DNA from: an uncultured Acidobacteriota bacterium
GTDB taxonomy: Bacteria; Acidobacteriota; Thermoanaerobaculia; UBA5066; DATFVB01
Assembly (NCBI GenBank): GCA_963714035.1
Contig: OY970224.1
Span: forward strand, 2,549,831 to 2,613,830
Direction of reading: 5' to 3'
Length of the DNA: 64,000 nucleotides
The first letter of the stretch is position 1. Every line of letters begins with the position of its first letter. Below the pieces are notes generated by a model. It was not told the DNA's origin and searched no databases. It saw only the letters and a program-made list of their open reading frames with translations. Below are positions 28,802 to 39,491 of this stretch, piece after piece. Position numbers and translations under genes: made by a program.

Positions 28802-29350
28802 CTACAGCTCCTCGACCTTGATCCGGTCGTTCGTGTAGATGTCGATGCCCGCCGCGATCATCAGCGCTTCCCGGGCGAGATCGGGGGCCGCGAGCGCGGT
28901 GTGGGCGAGAAGCGCGCGCGCCGCGGCGAGGGCGTAGGGGCCGCCGGAGCCGATCGCGAGAAGCCCTTCGTCGGGAGAGATCAGGTCGCCCGTGCCGGAG
29001 ATCAGGAGCGAGATTTCCCGGTCGGCGACGATGAGCAGCGCCTCGAGCTGCCGGAGGATCTTGTCGGTGCGCCAGTCCCGGGCGAGCTCGATCGCCGAGC
29101 GTTCGAGGTTTCCGCGGTACTCCTCGAGCTTGTGCTCGAATTTCGAGAAGAGCGCGAAAGCGTCCGCCGACGTGCCCGCGAACCCCGCGAGCACGCGCCC
29201 GTCGTAGAGCCGCCGGATCTTCGCCGCGCCGGTCTTCATGACGGTCGTCCCCATCGTGACCTGCCCGTCGCCGGCGATCGCGACACGTTCGTCGCGGCGG
29301 ACGCAGAGGACCGTCGTGGAACGCCACTGGCGGGATCGCAGGGAGGCCAT
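28802..29350 (-). CDS. hslV: ATP-dependent protease subunit HslV
   Basis: N-terminal TTVL (Thr nucleophile after Met removal). GDGQV and GSGG motifs. Confidence 0.9.
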   Translation of the reverse strand: MASLRSRQWRSTTVLCVRRDERVAIAGDGQVTMGTTVMKTGAAKIRRLYDGRVLAGFAGTSADAFALFSKFEHKLEEYRGNLERSAIELARDWRTDKILRQLEALLIVADREISLLISGTGDLISPDEGLLAIGSGGPYALAAARALLAHTALAAPDLAREALMIAAGIDIYTNDRIKVEEL

Positions 29351-29454
29351 CGAAAAACTCTAGCATGCGCGGCGATGCATCGAGCCGGGCGGGCGCCTGA
29401 CACGTCGGCCTCGCGCGCGCCGCTTCGCGGCTGGAACGCGGCGGGGCCCGGGGT

Positions 29455-29625
29455 TTTTGTTCCGGGGCTCTGGTCGGGCGCCGGAGCGGTCGAGGGCTCA
29501 GCCCGAGCCGCGGAGGTCACATCGCGGAAAGTCTCGCCGAAGTAACCGAGGCGAGGAGGTCTGCGATGTGGGAGGCCGCGCGGTTCCAGCGGAGCGTGCC
29601 GCGCGGCCGACGGGGTCGCGTGCTA
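29455..29625. repeat. Dispersed repeat family B copy
   Basis: ~150 bp nearly identical to 26090-26230. Reverse copy at 46915-46995. Confidence 0.6.
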
Positions 29626-29638
29626 TCTTCCGCCCCGC

Positions 29639-30250
29639 TTGATCGGAAAGCTCGTCACCCTCGTCTCGCATTTCGTCCTCGCCACGATCCAGTCGGGCGG
29701 GTACGCGGGCGTCGCGGGCCTGATGGCGATCGAGTCCGCCTGCATCCCGCTTCCCTCCGAGCTCATCATGCCGTTCGCGGGGTTCCTCGCCTCGCAGGGG
29801 CGCTTCTCGGTCGGCTGGCTCGGGTTCTTCGGCGCGGTGGGCTGCGTCGTCGGATCGATTCCCGCCTACTACCTCGGGCTCTACGGCGGCCGGCCGCTGA
29901 TCGAGAAGTACGGCAAATGGGTGCTCCTTTCGAGCCACGACCTCGATCTCGCCGACCGACTCTTCCAGAAGCACGGCGAGCCGGTCGTCTTCGTCGCGCG
30001 TCTTCTGCCGGTCATCCGCACGTTCATCGCGTTTCCGGCGGGCGTATCGCGCATGAACCTGCGCCGCTTCGTCGTCTACACGTTCGCGGGGTCGCTCCCG
30101 TGGTGCCTCGGGCTCGCCTGGATCGGCTCGAAGCTCGGCCAGCACTGGACCGTGCTCGGCGCGTACTTCCACAGGTTCGACGCGGCGATCGGGGCGATCA
30201 TCATTCTGGGAGTTCTGTTGTATGTCTGGCGCCACGTGCGTCGCGATTAG
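29639..30250 (+). CDS. DedA family membrane protein
   Basis: TTG start. SNARE-associated/DedA motifs (ESACIPLPSE...LLPVIRTFIAFPAG). Confidence 0.75.
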   Translation: MIGKLVTLVSHFVLATIQSGGYAGVAGLMAIESACIPLPSELIMPFAGFLASQGRFSVGWLGFFGAVGCVVGSIPAYYLGLYGGRPLIEKYGKWVLLSSHDLDLADRLFQKHGEPVVFVARLLPVIRTFIAFPAGVSRMNLRRFVVYTFAGSLPWCLGLAWIGSKLGQHWTVLGAYFHRFDAAIGAIIILGVLLYVWRHVRRD

Positions 30251-30254
30251 GGGG

Positions 30255-30400
30255 CCGACCATGCATCGAGCGAATACGGGCGCGTCCCGCCCGCGCCGCC
30301 CTCAACGTACGCTTTTCGGTACGCCTCGAGACGGCGCGGCCGGCCCGCATCCCGTCTCGCTCGCGCCTGGCCGCGCCTGACCGTCTTTCGAGCGAGAAGG
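30255..30400. repeat. Dispersed repeat family D-like copy (..CAACGTACGC..GGTACGCCTC..)
   Basis: Related segments at 33165-33300 and 37395-37515. Confidence 0.4.
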
Positions 30401-30483
30401 CGACCGGCCGCATTTCCGTTGAACGCTCTCAAGGGAGTTCGTGTCCGTGCCGGCCCCGCGATGGGGCTGCTAGACTCGACTCG

Positions 30484-33159
30484 GTGGCCGAAAGGAAACG
30501 TCCGCTCCTCTATCTCGTCGACGGATCGAACGCCCTCCACCGCGCGTTTCACGCGATCCGCTCGCTCAACAACTCGAAGGGTTTTCCCACCAATGCCGTC
30601 TACGGTTTCGCCGCGATCCTGAGGAAGCTCGTCCGCGAGCACAAACCGACGCACGTCGGCATCGCGTTCGACGTCTCGGGGTCCATCGCGCGCAAGGAGG
30701 CTTACGCCGACTACAAGGCGCAGCGAAAACCGATGGCGGACGATCTGGCGGTCCAGATTCCGTACATCCGCCGTCTCTGCGAGGCCTTCCGGATGCCGGT
30801 TCTCGAGCTGCACGGGTTCGAGGCCGACGACCTGATCGCGACACTTGCGACGAAAGCGGCGGAGCAGGGGATCGACGTCGTGCTTTTCACGACGGACAAG
30901 GACTTCCTCCAGCTCGTCGGGCCGCGGATCCGCATGTACCACGCGATGCGGGAGAAGATGCTCGACGCGGCGGGCGTCGAGGAGTTCTTCGGAGTTCCCC
31001 CCGAGCGCGTCGGCGACGTGCTCGCGATCATGGGCGACGCTTCCGACAACGTGCCCGGAGTGCCGGGGATCGGGGAAGTCGGCGCGCGAAAGCTCGTCCA
31101 GCAGTACGGTTCGCTCGAGGACGTCCTCGCGCACGCCTCCGAAGTCGCCGCGAAGAAGACGCGCGAAGCGCTCCTCTCGGGCGCCGAGAGCGCCCGGCTG
31201 TCGCGGCGTCTGATCGAGCTCGGGCGCACTCTCCCCGTCGAGCTCGACATGGAGGCGCTGAAGCTCGATCCCGCCGATCCGGAGAAGCTGAAGGCGCTCT
31301 ATTCGGAGCTCGAATTCCACTCGCTCGTCGAGGAGCTCGAAGCGGCCGCCCCCGGCTCCGTCGAGGAAGTCGCGTTCCGGAAGGTCGGCGGGGGAGAGAC
31401 CTTCGCGCCCGCTGCGGGATGCGAGACGCTCGGGGTCTCGATCGTCGCGCTCGGCGGCGACGCGGCGCCCGAGCCGGCGGCGGAGGGCGAGTCGGGGAAC
31501 CTTCCGCTCGGGCGCGCGTCCGAAGCGCCGGAAAAGGCGAGTTTTCTCTTCGCGATTTCCGACGGCGCCGACACGATCGTCGGGCAGGAGTCGGGCGAAG
31601 AGCTCGCCCGGCGCCTTTCGAAGATGCGCGGCGCCGCCTGGGTTTCGCCGGACGCGAAAGGCGTCGACGCGTTCCTCCTGCGGCACGGCGTCGACGATCT
31701 TCCGGCGATCTTCGACCCGTGCGTGGCACGGTACGTCCTCGCGAGCGGAACGGCGAACCCGGAGTTCGAGGCGATCGCGCTCGACCTCTTCCGCCGGAAG
31801 GCCTCGACGGCGAAGGAGGCGGGATTTCCGCCGGGCTCGATCGCGACGGGCGCGCGTTATGCGGCCGAGCGCGCCCGCTGGGCGCTCGAGATGCGGGAGA
31901 AGCTCGGCGCCGAGCTCGACGCGAAGCCGAACCTCCGCCGCGTCTTCGACTCGATCGAAACGCCGCTCACGCCGGTGCTCGCGCGGATGGAAGCGGCGGG
32001 CGTCCTCGTGGACGTGCCTTATCTGCGAGCGCTGTCGGAGCGCATGGCCGGCGACGTCGCGCGCCTCGAATCGGAGATCTTCTCGGAGGCGGGCGAGTCG
32101 TTCAACGTGGCCTCGCCTCCGCAGCTCTCGCGGATCCTTTTCGAGAAGATGAATCTCCCGGCCGGAAAGCGCACGGCGAAGACGAAGTCCTACTCGACGG
32201 GCGTCGAGACCCTGCAGGGGCTCGCCGCGCAGGGACACCGGATCGCCTCGCTCCTGATGGAGCACCGCGAGATCTCGAAGCTGAAGGGCACGTATGCCGA
32301 CGCCCTTCCGCAGCTCGTCGACGCGGAGAACCGCATCCACGCGAGGTTCAACCAGACGGTCGCGGCGACCGGGCGCCTCTCGTCCTCCGATCCGAACCTG
32401 CAGAACATTCCGATCCGCACCGGGGCGGGCCGGGAGATCCGGCGCGGGTTCATCGCGGCGGAAGGGCACCGGCTCCTCGCCGCCGATTACTCGCAGATCG
32501 AGCTCCGGATCCTCGCCCACGTCTCCGGCGACGCCGCGATGATCCAGGCCTTCGCGGAGGGACAGGACGTTCACCGCGCGACGGCGGCGAAGGTCTTCGG
32601 CGTTTCGCCCGACCTCGTCACGCTCGAGATGCGGATCGCGGCCAAGCGGATCAACTTCGGTCTGCTCTACGGAATGGGAGCGTTCTCGCTCGCCAAAGAC
32701 CTGGGGGTTCCGACCGGCGAGGCGAAGCAGTTCATCGAGGCGTATTTCGCTCAGTTTCCGGGTGTTCGCGCGACTCTCGAATCGGTCGTCGAAGGGGCGC
32801 GCCGCGAAGGGCTCGTCACGACGATCTTCGGCCGCGAGCGGCCGATCCCCGAGATCCGGTCGAGCAACGGCATGGTGCGCGCCAATGCCGAACGGATGGC
32901 GCAGAACGCGCCCTTCCAGGGCTCGGCCGCCGACATCGTGAAGCTCGCGATGATCGCCGTCGACGGGGAGCTCCGCGAGGTGAAGATGCGCACGCGGATG
33001 CTGCTCCAGGTGCACGACGAGCTCCTGTTCGAGGTACCGGAAGACGAGCTCGACGACGCGCGGAAGCGGATCGTCGCGGGGATGGAAGGCGCGGCAACGC
33101 TGGCGGTGCCGCTCAAGGTCGACGTCGGCGTCGGAAAGAACTGGTTGGAAGCGAAGTAG
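30484..33159 (+). CDS. polA: DNA polymerase I
   Basis: 5'-3' nuclease domain (LYLVDGSNALHRAFHA...). Polymerase motifs A (DYSQIELRILAH) and B (RRxAKxxNFGxxYG), motif C QVHDEL. The middle 3'-5' exo region appears degenerate (no clear DxE). GTG start is uncertain. Confidence 0.85.
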   Translation: MAERKRPLLYLVDGSNALHRAFHAIRSLNNSKGFPTNAVYGFAAILRKLVREHKPTHVGIAFDVSGSIARKEAYADYKAQRKPMADDLAVQIPYIRRLCEAFRMPVLELHGFEADDLIATLATKAAEQGIDVVLFTTDKDFLQLVGPRIRMYHAMREKMLDAAGVEEFFGVPPERVGDVLAIMGDASDNVPGVPGIGEVGARKLVQQYGSLEDVLAHASEVAAKKTREALLSGAESARLSRRLIELGRTLPVELDMEALKLDPADPEKLKALYSELEFHSLVEELEAAAPGSVEEVAFRKVGGGETFAPAAGCETLGVSIVALGGDAAPEPAAEGESGNLPLGRASEAPEKASFLFAISDGADTIVGQESGEELARRLSKMRGAAWVSPDAKGVDAFLLRHGVDDLPAIFDPCVARYVLASGTANPEFEAIALDLFRRKASTAKEAGFPPGSIATGARYAAERARWALEMREKLGAELDAKPNLRRVFDSIETPLTPVLARMEAAGVLVDVPYLRALSERMAGDVARLESEIFSEAGESFNVASPPQLSRILFEKMNLPAGKRTAKTKSYSTGVETLQGLAAQGHRIASLLMEHREISKLKGTYADALPQLVDAENRIHARFNQTVAATGRLSSSDPNLQNIPIRTGAGREIRRGFIAAEGHRLLAADYSQIELRILAHVSGDAAMIQAFAEGQDVHRATAAKVFGVSPDLVTLEMRIAAKRINFGLLYGMGAFSLAKDLGVPTGEAKQFIEAYFAQFPGVRATLESVVEGARREGLVTTIFGRERPIPEIRSSNGMVRANAERMAQNAPFQGSAADIVKLAMIAVDGELREVKMRTRMLLQVHDELLFEVPEDELDDARKRIVAGMEGAATLAVPLKVDVGVGKNWLEAK

Positions 33160-33164
33160 CGGTT

Positions 33165-33800
33165 GGTATCGGGCTTGCGATACGCACCGTTATACGGGTC
33201 CGTGCGGCTTGCCCGCGGGATCAACGTACGCGACGGTACGCCTCACCCGCGGGCCAAGCCGCCCGAACCCGTCTTCCAGCACGTCTCGCTTCGCCTCGTC
33301 GTCCTTCCTGAGGCGTCGCTCACTCCGTCATCGCGAACGACTTGTCACGCCGTAGGCCTTGGCGAAGGCGGAAGTGAAGCGTCTCCGAGGTTCGGCGTGC
33401 CTCCCCACCCCTGTCATCCTGAGGAGTGAAACGACCAAGGATCTGCCCCGTTGGGCCCGGAGCAGATCCTTCGCTGCGCTCAGGATGACAAAAAGGCACT
33501 GAACACGGCGATTGAGGGCATCGCGATCGACTTGTCACGCCGTAGCCTTGGCGAAGGCGGAAGCGAAGCGATCCCCAAAGTTTGGCGGACTCCCTGGCTC
33601 CGTTGCCCTGAGGTCTTCCCGCCCTCGTCATCCTGAGGAGTGGCTTGCCCGCCGAAGCCTTGGCGAAGGCGGGAAACGACGAAGGATCTGTCCCCGTTGG
33701 GTTCCGAGCAGATCCTTCCCGCCTTCGCCAAGGCTTCGGCGCGGCAGGCTGCTGCGCTCAGGATGACGGAAGGGGGGTCCAGGGTGGCAGAGAGAACCGC
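33165..33800. repeat. Cluster of dispersed repeat elements (family D then family A, with GTCATCCTGAGGAG / CTCAGGATGAC inverted termini and the palindrome GAAGGATCTGCCCCGTTGGGCCCGGAGCAGATCCTTC)
   Basis: Internal inverted repeats were read directly. The same motifs occur at 25900-26000, 37540-37960, 46035-46320 and 61995-62290. They generate spurious ORFs. Confidence 0.65.
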
Positions 33801-33865
33801 TGACTCGCGACTTGCTAACTCGTCACCCGCGGCTCGCCGAGGCCGCGTATCGCGAGCTTGCGAAA

Positions 33866-34696
33866 CTAGGGTGCGAACCCGATCGACTTCTTGATGGACG
33901 CCGCGCGCACGAGCGACACGTCGTAGCTGATCGTCCCGTCGAGCTCGAGCGCCGCCCAGCACGTAATCGCCTTCCCGTCCTTGCGAGCCGGCGTGAACGT
34001 CCAGCGGCCGATCGCGCGCGAGAGATAAGGCAGCAGCGCCGCGTCCTTCACGTCGACCGGAGCGATCCTCTCCGCGTGCCCCGTCGCGCCGATCTCGACC
34101 CAGAGCTTCACGGCGAGCGGGCCCTTGTAGCGGTCCGCGTACCACTTCGTCCGCTTGGGGAGAGCAGGCTGATCCAACACGTCGGCGGATTCCGCCCCTT
34201 TCAGGTCCGCGAGAGCCGGCGCGGTCGTCAGCCACGATTCGTCCCAGCGCTCCGCCCGGGCCGCCGGAACGGGGTCGGTAGGAGCTACGGGGACGAGGTT
34301 CGCCCGGGTGATCTGCGGGCGGGAATACTCGAATTTGAGATCGAGCTCGATCGTCGCCCACCCGGCGACGGGCACGCCCCCCTTTTTCGGAGGGAGGAAT
34401 TCCCACTTCTGGAACGACTGGCGCTCCTGCGGCTCGAGCGACGGAATCGGGTCATGGACGAGGAGGACTTCTTCGATCGCCCCCGTCGCGTTGACCCGCA
34501 CGGCGGCAAACGCCGGGATCGTGACTTCGATGCCGGACGGGAAGTCGCGCGTCACGATGCCCCCGGGCGTGTCGGCGCCGCAGGCGAGAGGATTCGCCTC
34601 CGGCATCGGCAGGAGGGTGATCGGAGCCTCCGGCGCGTCGGCCGCGAGCAGAGGAACAGCGATCGCGAGACAGAGGACCGCCGGAATGCGTTTCAT
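33866..34696 (-). CDS. Secreted hypothetical protein
   Basis: Signal peptide MKRIPAVLCLAIAVPLLAADA. No recognised catalytic motifs. Confidence 0.5.
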   Translation of the reverse strand: MKRIPAVLCLAIAVPLLAADAPEAPITLLPMPEANPLACGADTPGGIVTRDFPSGIEVTIPAFAAVRVNATGAIEEVLLVHDPIPSLEPQERQSFQKWEFLPPKKGGVPVAGWATIELDLKFEYSRPQITRANLVPVAPTDPVPAARAERWDESWLTTAPALADLKGAESADVLDQPALPKRTKWYADRYKGPLAVKLWVEIGATGHAERIAPVDVKDAALLPYLSRAIGRWTFTPARKDGKAITCWAALELDGTISYDVSLVRAASIKKSIGFAP

Positions 34697-34870
34697 CTGG
34701 GCGGGAATGGTAGCCGATTTTCGATTCGGCGGCGCCAGAGGAAAGAGGGTTGCGGAAAATTCGCCCCCGAAAGGAATCCCGCGCATTCTGAGCCGCTTTC
34801 GCCTGTCCCTCGCGCCGGCATCCCCGGTTTTTCGGGCCTATAATCGCGAACCGAAAGGGGGAATTCAGGC

Positions 34871-35950
34871 ATGGTCCTTGCGGCCTCCGGATCCGACGTG
34901 CCGACGCCGGTCGAAAGTCCGTGGATCAAGAGTCGAGGATTCGACCTCGGATTCCTCACGCTTTCCGCCGTGCTGGTCTTCCTGCCGTATGTGAGCTACG
35001 GCTTCCTGCAGCGGCTCGGGATATCGGTGGCGACGGCTTCCCTGATCGTCGGCCTTTCGGTGACCGTCCTGATCGGCGGGCCCCACATGTATTCGACGTA
35101 CCTCCGCACGGCCCTCGAGCCCGGTTTCCGCCGGCGATTCGGCTGGCTCGCGTACCTCCCGCTCCTGCTGATTCCGGCGCTCGTGATCCTGGGTTCGATG
35201 TACGCCTTCCCGATTCTCCTCACCGCCTTCTTCTTCTGGGCCTCGGTGCACGTCACCCATCAGGCCCAGTTCATCTCGGAGGCCTATCGGCGGAAGTACC
35301 AGGAGGTCTCGGCGGTCGACCGTCTCCTCGACGCGGCCGTGATCCTGGGCGCGCTCTACACGATGGCGATGTTCAAGTTCGTCCGCGGCGAGTTCGTCAT
35401 CGGCTCGCAGCCGCTGCTCTTCCCGAAGATCCTGCGCTTCGAGCGGCTGCCGTACGTTTTCGCGGCGGGCTTCGCGGCCCTCTTCCTCTTCTACGCCGTC
35501 CGGACGGCGGGGGAGATCCGCCGCGGCGTCGCCGGATGGCCCCGGCTCCTCTTCATGGCGCTCACGATCGGGATGGCGTTCATCGTGCCGATCTTTCACA
35601 ACCTCGACGTCTCGTTCCAGGGCTTCAACACGTGGCATTCGTTCCAGTACCTCGCTCTCACCTGGTTCATCCTCGACGGAAAGGCGCAGCGGGGCGAGAT
35701 CGGATCGGGATTCGTGCGGAACATTTCCGGGCGCGCGAAGACCGCGCGGTACTACGGCGCGATGATCGGGTTCACGCTCGCCTCCGGGCTCGTCTATCTC
35801 TTCCTCTGGCGGGGGCTCGGCTTCCCGCAGGATCAGTGCTACTACGTCGTCGTGCTTTCCTTCCTCCTGATCCATTACTTCTACGACCACATCCTCTTCT
35901 CGGAGTTCGCGATCGGACCGGCGCGCGCGCCGCGTCCCGCGACGACGTAG
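34871..35950 (+). CDS. Polytopic integral membrane protein, hypothetical
   Basis: GAAAGGGGG RBS then ATG. 8-10 predicted hydrophobic helices. Confidence 0.6.
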   Translation: MVLAASGSDVPTPVESPWIKSRGFDLGFLTLSAVLVFLPYVSYGFLQRLGISVATASLIVGLSVTVLIGGPHMYSTYLRTALEPGFRRRFGWLAYLPLLLIPALVILGSMYAFPILLTAFFFWASVHVTHQAQFISEAYRRKYQEVSAVDRLLDAAVILGALYTMAMFKFVRGEFVIGSQPLLFPKILRFERLPYVFAAGFAALFLFYAVRTAGEIRRGVAGWPRLLFMALTIGMAFIVPIFHNLDVSFQGFNTWHSFQYLALTWFILDGKAQRGEIGSGFVRNISGRAKTARYYGAMIGFTLASGLVYLFLWRGLGFPQDQCYYVVVLSFLLIHYFYDHILFSEFAIGPARAPRPATT

Positions 35951-36121
35951 ACGGCGGCTGACGCCGTCTCAGTCGCGAGTTTCGAGTTCACGAGTTGAGA
36001 GTCGAGAGGGAGGAAGCCCGCGGCGGGCTCCTAACTCCCCAGGTCGTAACCCGTAACCCGCAACTCGCAACCCTCAACTCGTAACCCCGGGCGCGCTGCG
36101 CCCGGCATAGAATCCCCGGCC

Positions 36122-37390
36122 ATGGAAATTCATCCTTTTCGCGCCCTGCGCTACGCCCCGAAAACCATCGAGGAACGCGGTCTCGACAACCTCGTCGCTC
36201 CTCCGTACGACCGCGTCACACCGAAGATCCGCGAGGAGCTCTACGCGCGCGCGCCCGAGAACATCGTCCGGTTCGACGCCCGCAAGGAAGAGGGCGGAGA
36301 CGTCTATGCGGAGGCGAACGGGCAGCTGAAGGAGTGGCTCGAGACGGGCGCGATGTACCACGAGAGGTCCGCGGCCGTCTGGATCCACCAGGTCGTCTTT
36401 CCGGGGCGCGACGGCACGATGAAGGCCCGCCGCTCGCTCGTGGCGCTCGTCCGGCTCGAGCCGTACGAAGGAGGATCGATCCGCCCCCACGAGCGCACGC
36501 TCGCCAAGGCGAAAGAGGACCGCTTGAACCTCCTTCTCGCCTCGCACGCCGATTTCGGGATGGTGTTCCTGCTCTCCCGCGCGCCGCTCGATCCCGCGCT
36601 CCAGACGCGGCGCGCGCCCGACCTCTCCTGCCACGATCTCGCCGGGAACCGTCACGACGTCTGGCGCATCGAGGACACGTCCGAGCACGTGCGTTTCGAG
36701 CGGCTGCTCTCGACGGCAGGATCGCTCATCGCCGACGGGCATCACCGCTACGAGACGGCGCTCAAATTCTCGAAGATACCGGAAGCGGAGAAGCTGCCGA
36801 CGGCGGCGTTCAAGCTCTGCGCAATCGTCGACGTGGCGTCCCCGGGGCTCGAGGCGTTCGCGATTCCGCGCGCGGTTTCGGGTCTCCCCGGTTTTTCCGG
36901 CGACGCGACGTTCCGGAAAGCGGAAGCGTTCTTCGAAACGATGGCCTGCGGCAGCCCGGAGGAGGGCAGGGCCCTTCTCGAGGGGGTCCCGCGCGGCCGC
37001 TCCGGCTTCCTCGTCGTCACGAAGGACTCGACACGGCTCCTGACGCTCCGGGAAGGGGCGCCCGTCGCGTGGCCGGACGAGAAGAGCGCCGCCTGGCGCC
37101 GGCTCGACGTTTCGACGCTCGAGATCGCGTTCCTCCGCGGCGTGCTCGGGATCGAGCCCGGGCAGATCGAGCGCGGGGAGCACGTCTCGTTCCCCAAGGA
37201 CGAAGACGCCGCGGTCGAGCTCGTGCGTTCGGGCGCAGCGCAGATGGCGATCCTGCTCCGCCCCACGCCGATCGACGCGGTGCAGGAGGTCGTCGCCCAG
37301 GGAGAGGTGTTGCCGCAGAAATCCACGCTCTTTGAACCAAAGATGATCTCGGGATTGTTCGGTGTTTCTTTAGAAGATCCGATAACTTAG
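36122..37390 (+). CDS. DUF1015 family protein
   Basis: Conserved GHHRYE motif (IADGHHRYETAL) and overall DUF1015 length. Confidence 0.6.
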   Translation: MEIHPFRALRYAPKTIEERGLDNLVAPPYDRVTPKIREELYARAPENIVRFDARKEEGGDVYAEANGQLKEWLETGAMYHERSAAVWIHQVVFPGRDGTMKARRSLVALVRLEPYEGGSIRPHERTLAKAKEDRLNLLLASHADFGMVFLLSRAPLDPALQTRRAPDLSCHDLAGNRHDVWRIEDTSEHVRFERLLSTAGSLIADGHHRYETALKFSKIPEAEKLPTAAFKLCAIVDVASPGLEAFAIPRAVSGLPGFSGDATFRKAEAFFETMACGSPEEGRALLEGVPRGRSGFLVVTKDSTRLLTLREGAPVAWPDEKSAAWRRLDVSTLEIAFLRGVLGIEPGQIERGEHVSFPKDEDAAVELVRSGAAQMAILLRPTPIDAVQEVVAQGEVLPQKSTLFEPKMISGLFGVSLEDPIT

Positions 37391-37394
37391 CGGG

Positions 37395-37965
37395 CGCGGA
37401 CCATACGCACCGTTATACGAACGCGCCGGACCGGGCGGCGGGATCAACGTACGCCCCGGTGCGCCTCACCCGCCGCCCCGCCCCGGCGCGTCCGTCTTCC
37501 AGCACGTCTGGCCGCGCCTCGTCGTTAGTTTCAGTCGAGTGGCGGCCTTCGCTTTCGTGTTCGTCATTGCGAGGAGCGCAGCGACGAAGCAATCCCCAGA
37601 ACTTGCGTTTGGAGATTGCTTCGCTCTGCTCGCAATGACGGAGGGAAGGCGCGAGGACACGGATTTGAGCCTTCGTCGTCATCCTGAGGAGCAAAGCGAC
37701 GAAGGATCTGCCCACGTGGGCCCCGGAGCAGATCCTTCCCGCCTTCGCCAAGGCTTCGGCGCGGCAGGCTGCTGGCGCTCAGGATGACAGTACAGGGCGC
37801 GGGGATGACAGAAGCGGCCCCCGTTTCGAATCGTGTGTACCGCACTGTCGTCATTGCGAGCGAAGCGAAACAATCCCCAGACTCAACAGACCCCGACTTG
37901 GAGATTGCTTCGTCGCTTCGCTCCTCGCAATGGCAGAAGCGGCCCCGTTTTAAATTTCGTGTATT
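37395..37965. repeat. Cluster of dispersed repeat elements (families D, A and a GCAATGACGG/CGTCATTGCGAG family)
   Basis: GTCATCCTGAGGAGC...CTCAGGATGAC and CGTCATTGCGAGGAGCG...CGCAATGAC hairpin-forming units. Shared with 33300-33800. Confidence 0.65.
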
Positions 37966-38016
37966 GTGAGAATTCGGATCTGTTTCGAGTTTAGAGCTTC
38001 GGATTTCGGATTTGAA

Positions 38017-38679
38017 TTACATCCTTATCCCGAAGGCCAGTCCCTCGACCGTCGGCACGAACGTGGTGAAGAACTCTCCTCCTCCCGCCAGCTCCCGGTT
38101 GAACAGGTCGAGCGCCTCGACGCTCTCCCGGCTCCATCCTTCCTGCGGGCCGAACGCGGCGCGAAAGACGTTGTCGGCGAGCAGCACGCCGCCGCGGCGG
38201 AGGTTCGCGACGGACCAGCGGTAATAGTCGGGATAGCCGCCCTTGTCGGCGTCGACGAAGACGAGGTCGTAGGGTCCGTGTTTCTCGATTTCGGGGAGCT
38301 TTTCGACCGCGCGGCCGACGTGGATGCGCACCCGGTCGGCGAGCCCGGCGCGCCGGAACGACTCCGCCGCGACGTCGGCGTGCTTCGGCTCGTACTCGAA
38401 CGTGTCGAGCGTCCCGCCCGCCGGCAGCGCGCGGGCCAGACAAACGCCGGAGTAGCCTCCCAATGTCCCGATCTCGACGATCTTCCTCGCGCCGCAGGCA
38501 CGCGCGATCGCCTCGAGGTGCCTCCCGTCGAGGCGCGCGACCTGGATTTCGGGAAGGCCCGCGGCCCGGGAACGCTCCCGGATCTCCGCGAGGACCGCGT
38601 CCTCCGGGCCCAGGACCGACTCGAGGTAGCCGCCGACGGCGGGATCGCTCTGTCCGATGCCGCCCGGATCGTTGCCCAT
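38017..38679 (-). CDS. Class I SAM-dependent O-methyltransferase (caffeoyl-CoA OMT/YrrM-like)
   Basis: GAGGAG RBS. SAM-binding motif VEIGTLGGYS, DADK motif (LVFVDADKGGY). Start overlaps the rph stop. Confidence 0.75.
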   Translation of the reverse strand: MGNDPGGIGQSDPAVGGYLESVLGPEDAVLAEIRERSRAAGLPEIQVARLDGRHLEAIARACGARKIVEIGTLGGYSGVCLARALPAGGTLDTFEYEPKHADVAAESFRRAGLADRVRIHVGRAVEKLPEIEKHGPYDLVFVDADKGGYPDYYRWSVANLRRGGVLLADNVFRAAFGPQEGWSRESVEALDLFNRELAGGGEFFTTFVPTVEGLAFGIRM

Positions 38680-39491
38680 CAGGAGCTCCTCCGAAACGCT
38701 TCTTCCGAAAGATGCAGGCCGGCGATCGCCGGCTCGATGGCCGCGCGCTGGATCGCGAAGAGCGAGGCGAGGCCGACGTTTCCGAGCTCGAGGAACTCGT
38801 CGAGGTCCTTTCGCGTGAACGGCTCCCTTTCCGCCGTCCCTTGGATCTCGACGAACCGGCCCGACGCGGTGCCGACGAGGTTGCAGTCGACCTCCGCGGC
38901 GGAGTCCTCCTCGTAGCGCAGGTCGAGGAGCGCCGTCTTCTCGTGCCGGCCGACGGAAACGGCCGCGACCAGCTCCCGGACCGGCCAGTGCCGCAGGAAG
39001 TGCTGGTCGGCGACCTTCGCGAACGCGTGCGCGAGCGCGACGCACGCGCCCGTGATCGACGCGCAGCGCGTGCCGCCGTCGGCCTGGAGCACGTCGCAGT
39101 CGAGCGTGAACGTCCGCTCGCCGAACGCCGTGAGGTCGACGATGCTCCGGAGCGCGCGCCCGATGAGCCGCTGGATCTCCATCGTGCGCCCGCCCTGCTT
39201 TCCCTTCGCGGCTTCGCGGGCCGAGCGCGTGTGGGTGGCGCGCGGCAGCATTCCGTATTCCGCGGTGACCCAGCCGGTCCCCGAGCCCTTCAGGAACGGC
39301 GGGACCTTGTCCTCGACCGACACGGTGCACAGGACGCGCGTCTCCCCCTGGTGGATGAGGGCCGAGCCCTCCGCCCAGCGGGATGGGCCGGTTTCGATCG
39401 TGACGGGACGGAGCTCGTTCGCGGCGCGTCCGTCGCCGCGGCCCTCGCGGGGCGGCGCGTCGGCCTTCTCCTCACGGCGATGCTTCTTCAC
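38679..39491 (-). CDS. rph: Ribonuclease PH
   Basis: LRPVTIETG...[15 protein letters not shown]...[17 protein letters not shown] matches RNase PH. GTG start. C-terminal extension of ~30 aa. Confidence 0.85.
   Translation of the reverse strand: MKKHRREEKADAPPREGRGDGRAANELRPVTIETGPSRWAEGSALIHQGETRVLCTVSVEDKVPPFLKGSGTGWVTAEYGMLPRATHTRSAREAAKGKQGGRTMEIQRLIGRALRSIVDLTAFGERTFTLDCDVLQADGGTRCASITGACVALAHAFAKVADQHFLRHWPVRELVAAVSVGRHEKTALLDLRYEEDSAAEVDCNLVGTASGRFVEIQGTAEREPFTRKDLDEFLELGNVGLASLFAIQRAAIEPAIAGLHLSEEAFRRSS

Noticed and set aside
33300-33800. ORFs inside the repeat clusters (e.g. 33480..34406 minus, 33320..33631, 37564..37854, 46035..46322, 46922..47374)
   Set aside because: Translations are the recurrent low-complexity peptides produced by dispersed repeat families A/B (..RSLGEGG.., ..[12 protein letters not shown]..). 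These are not genes.
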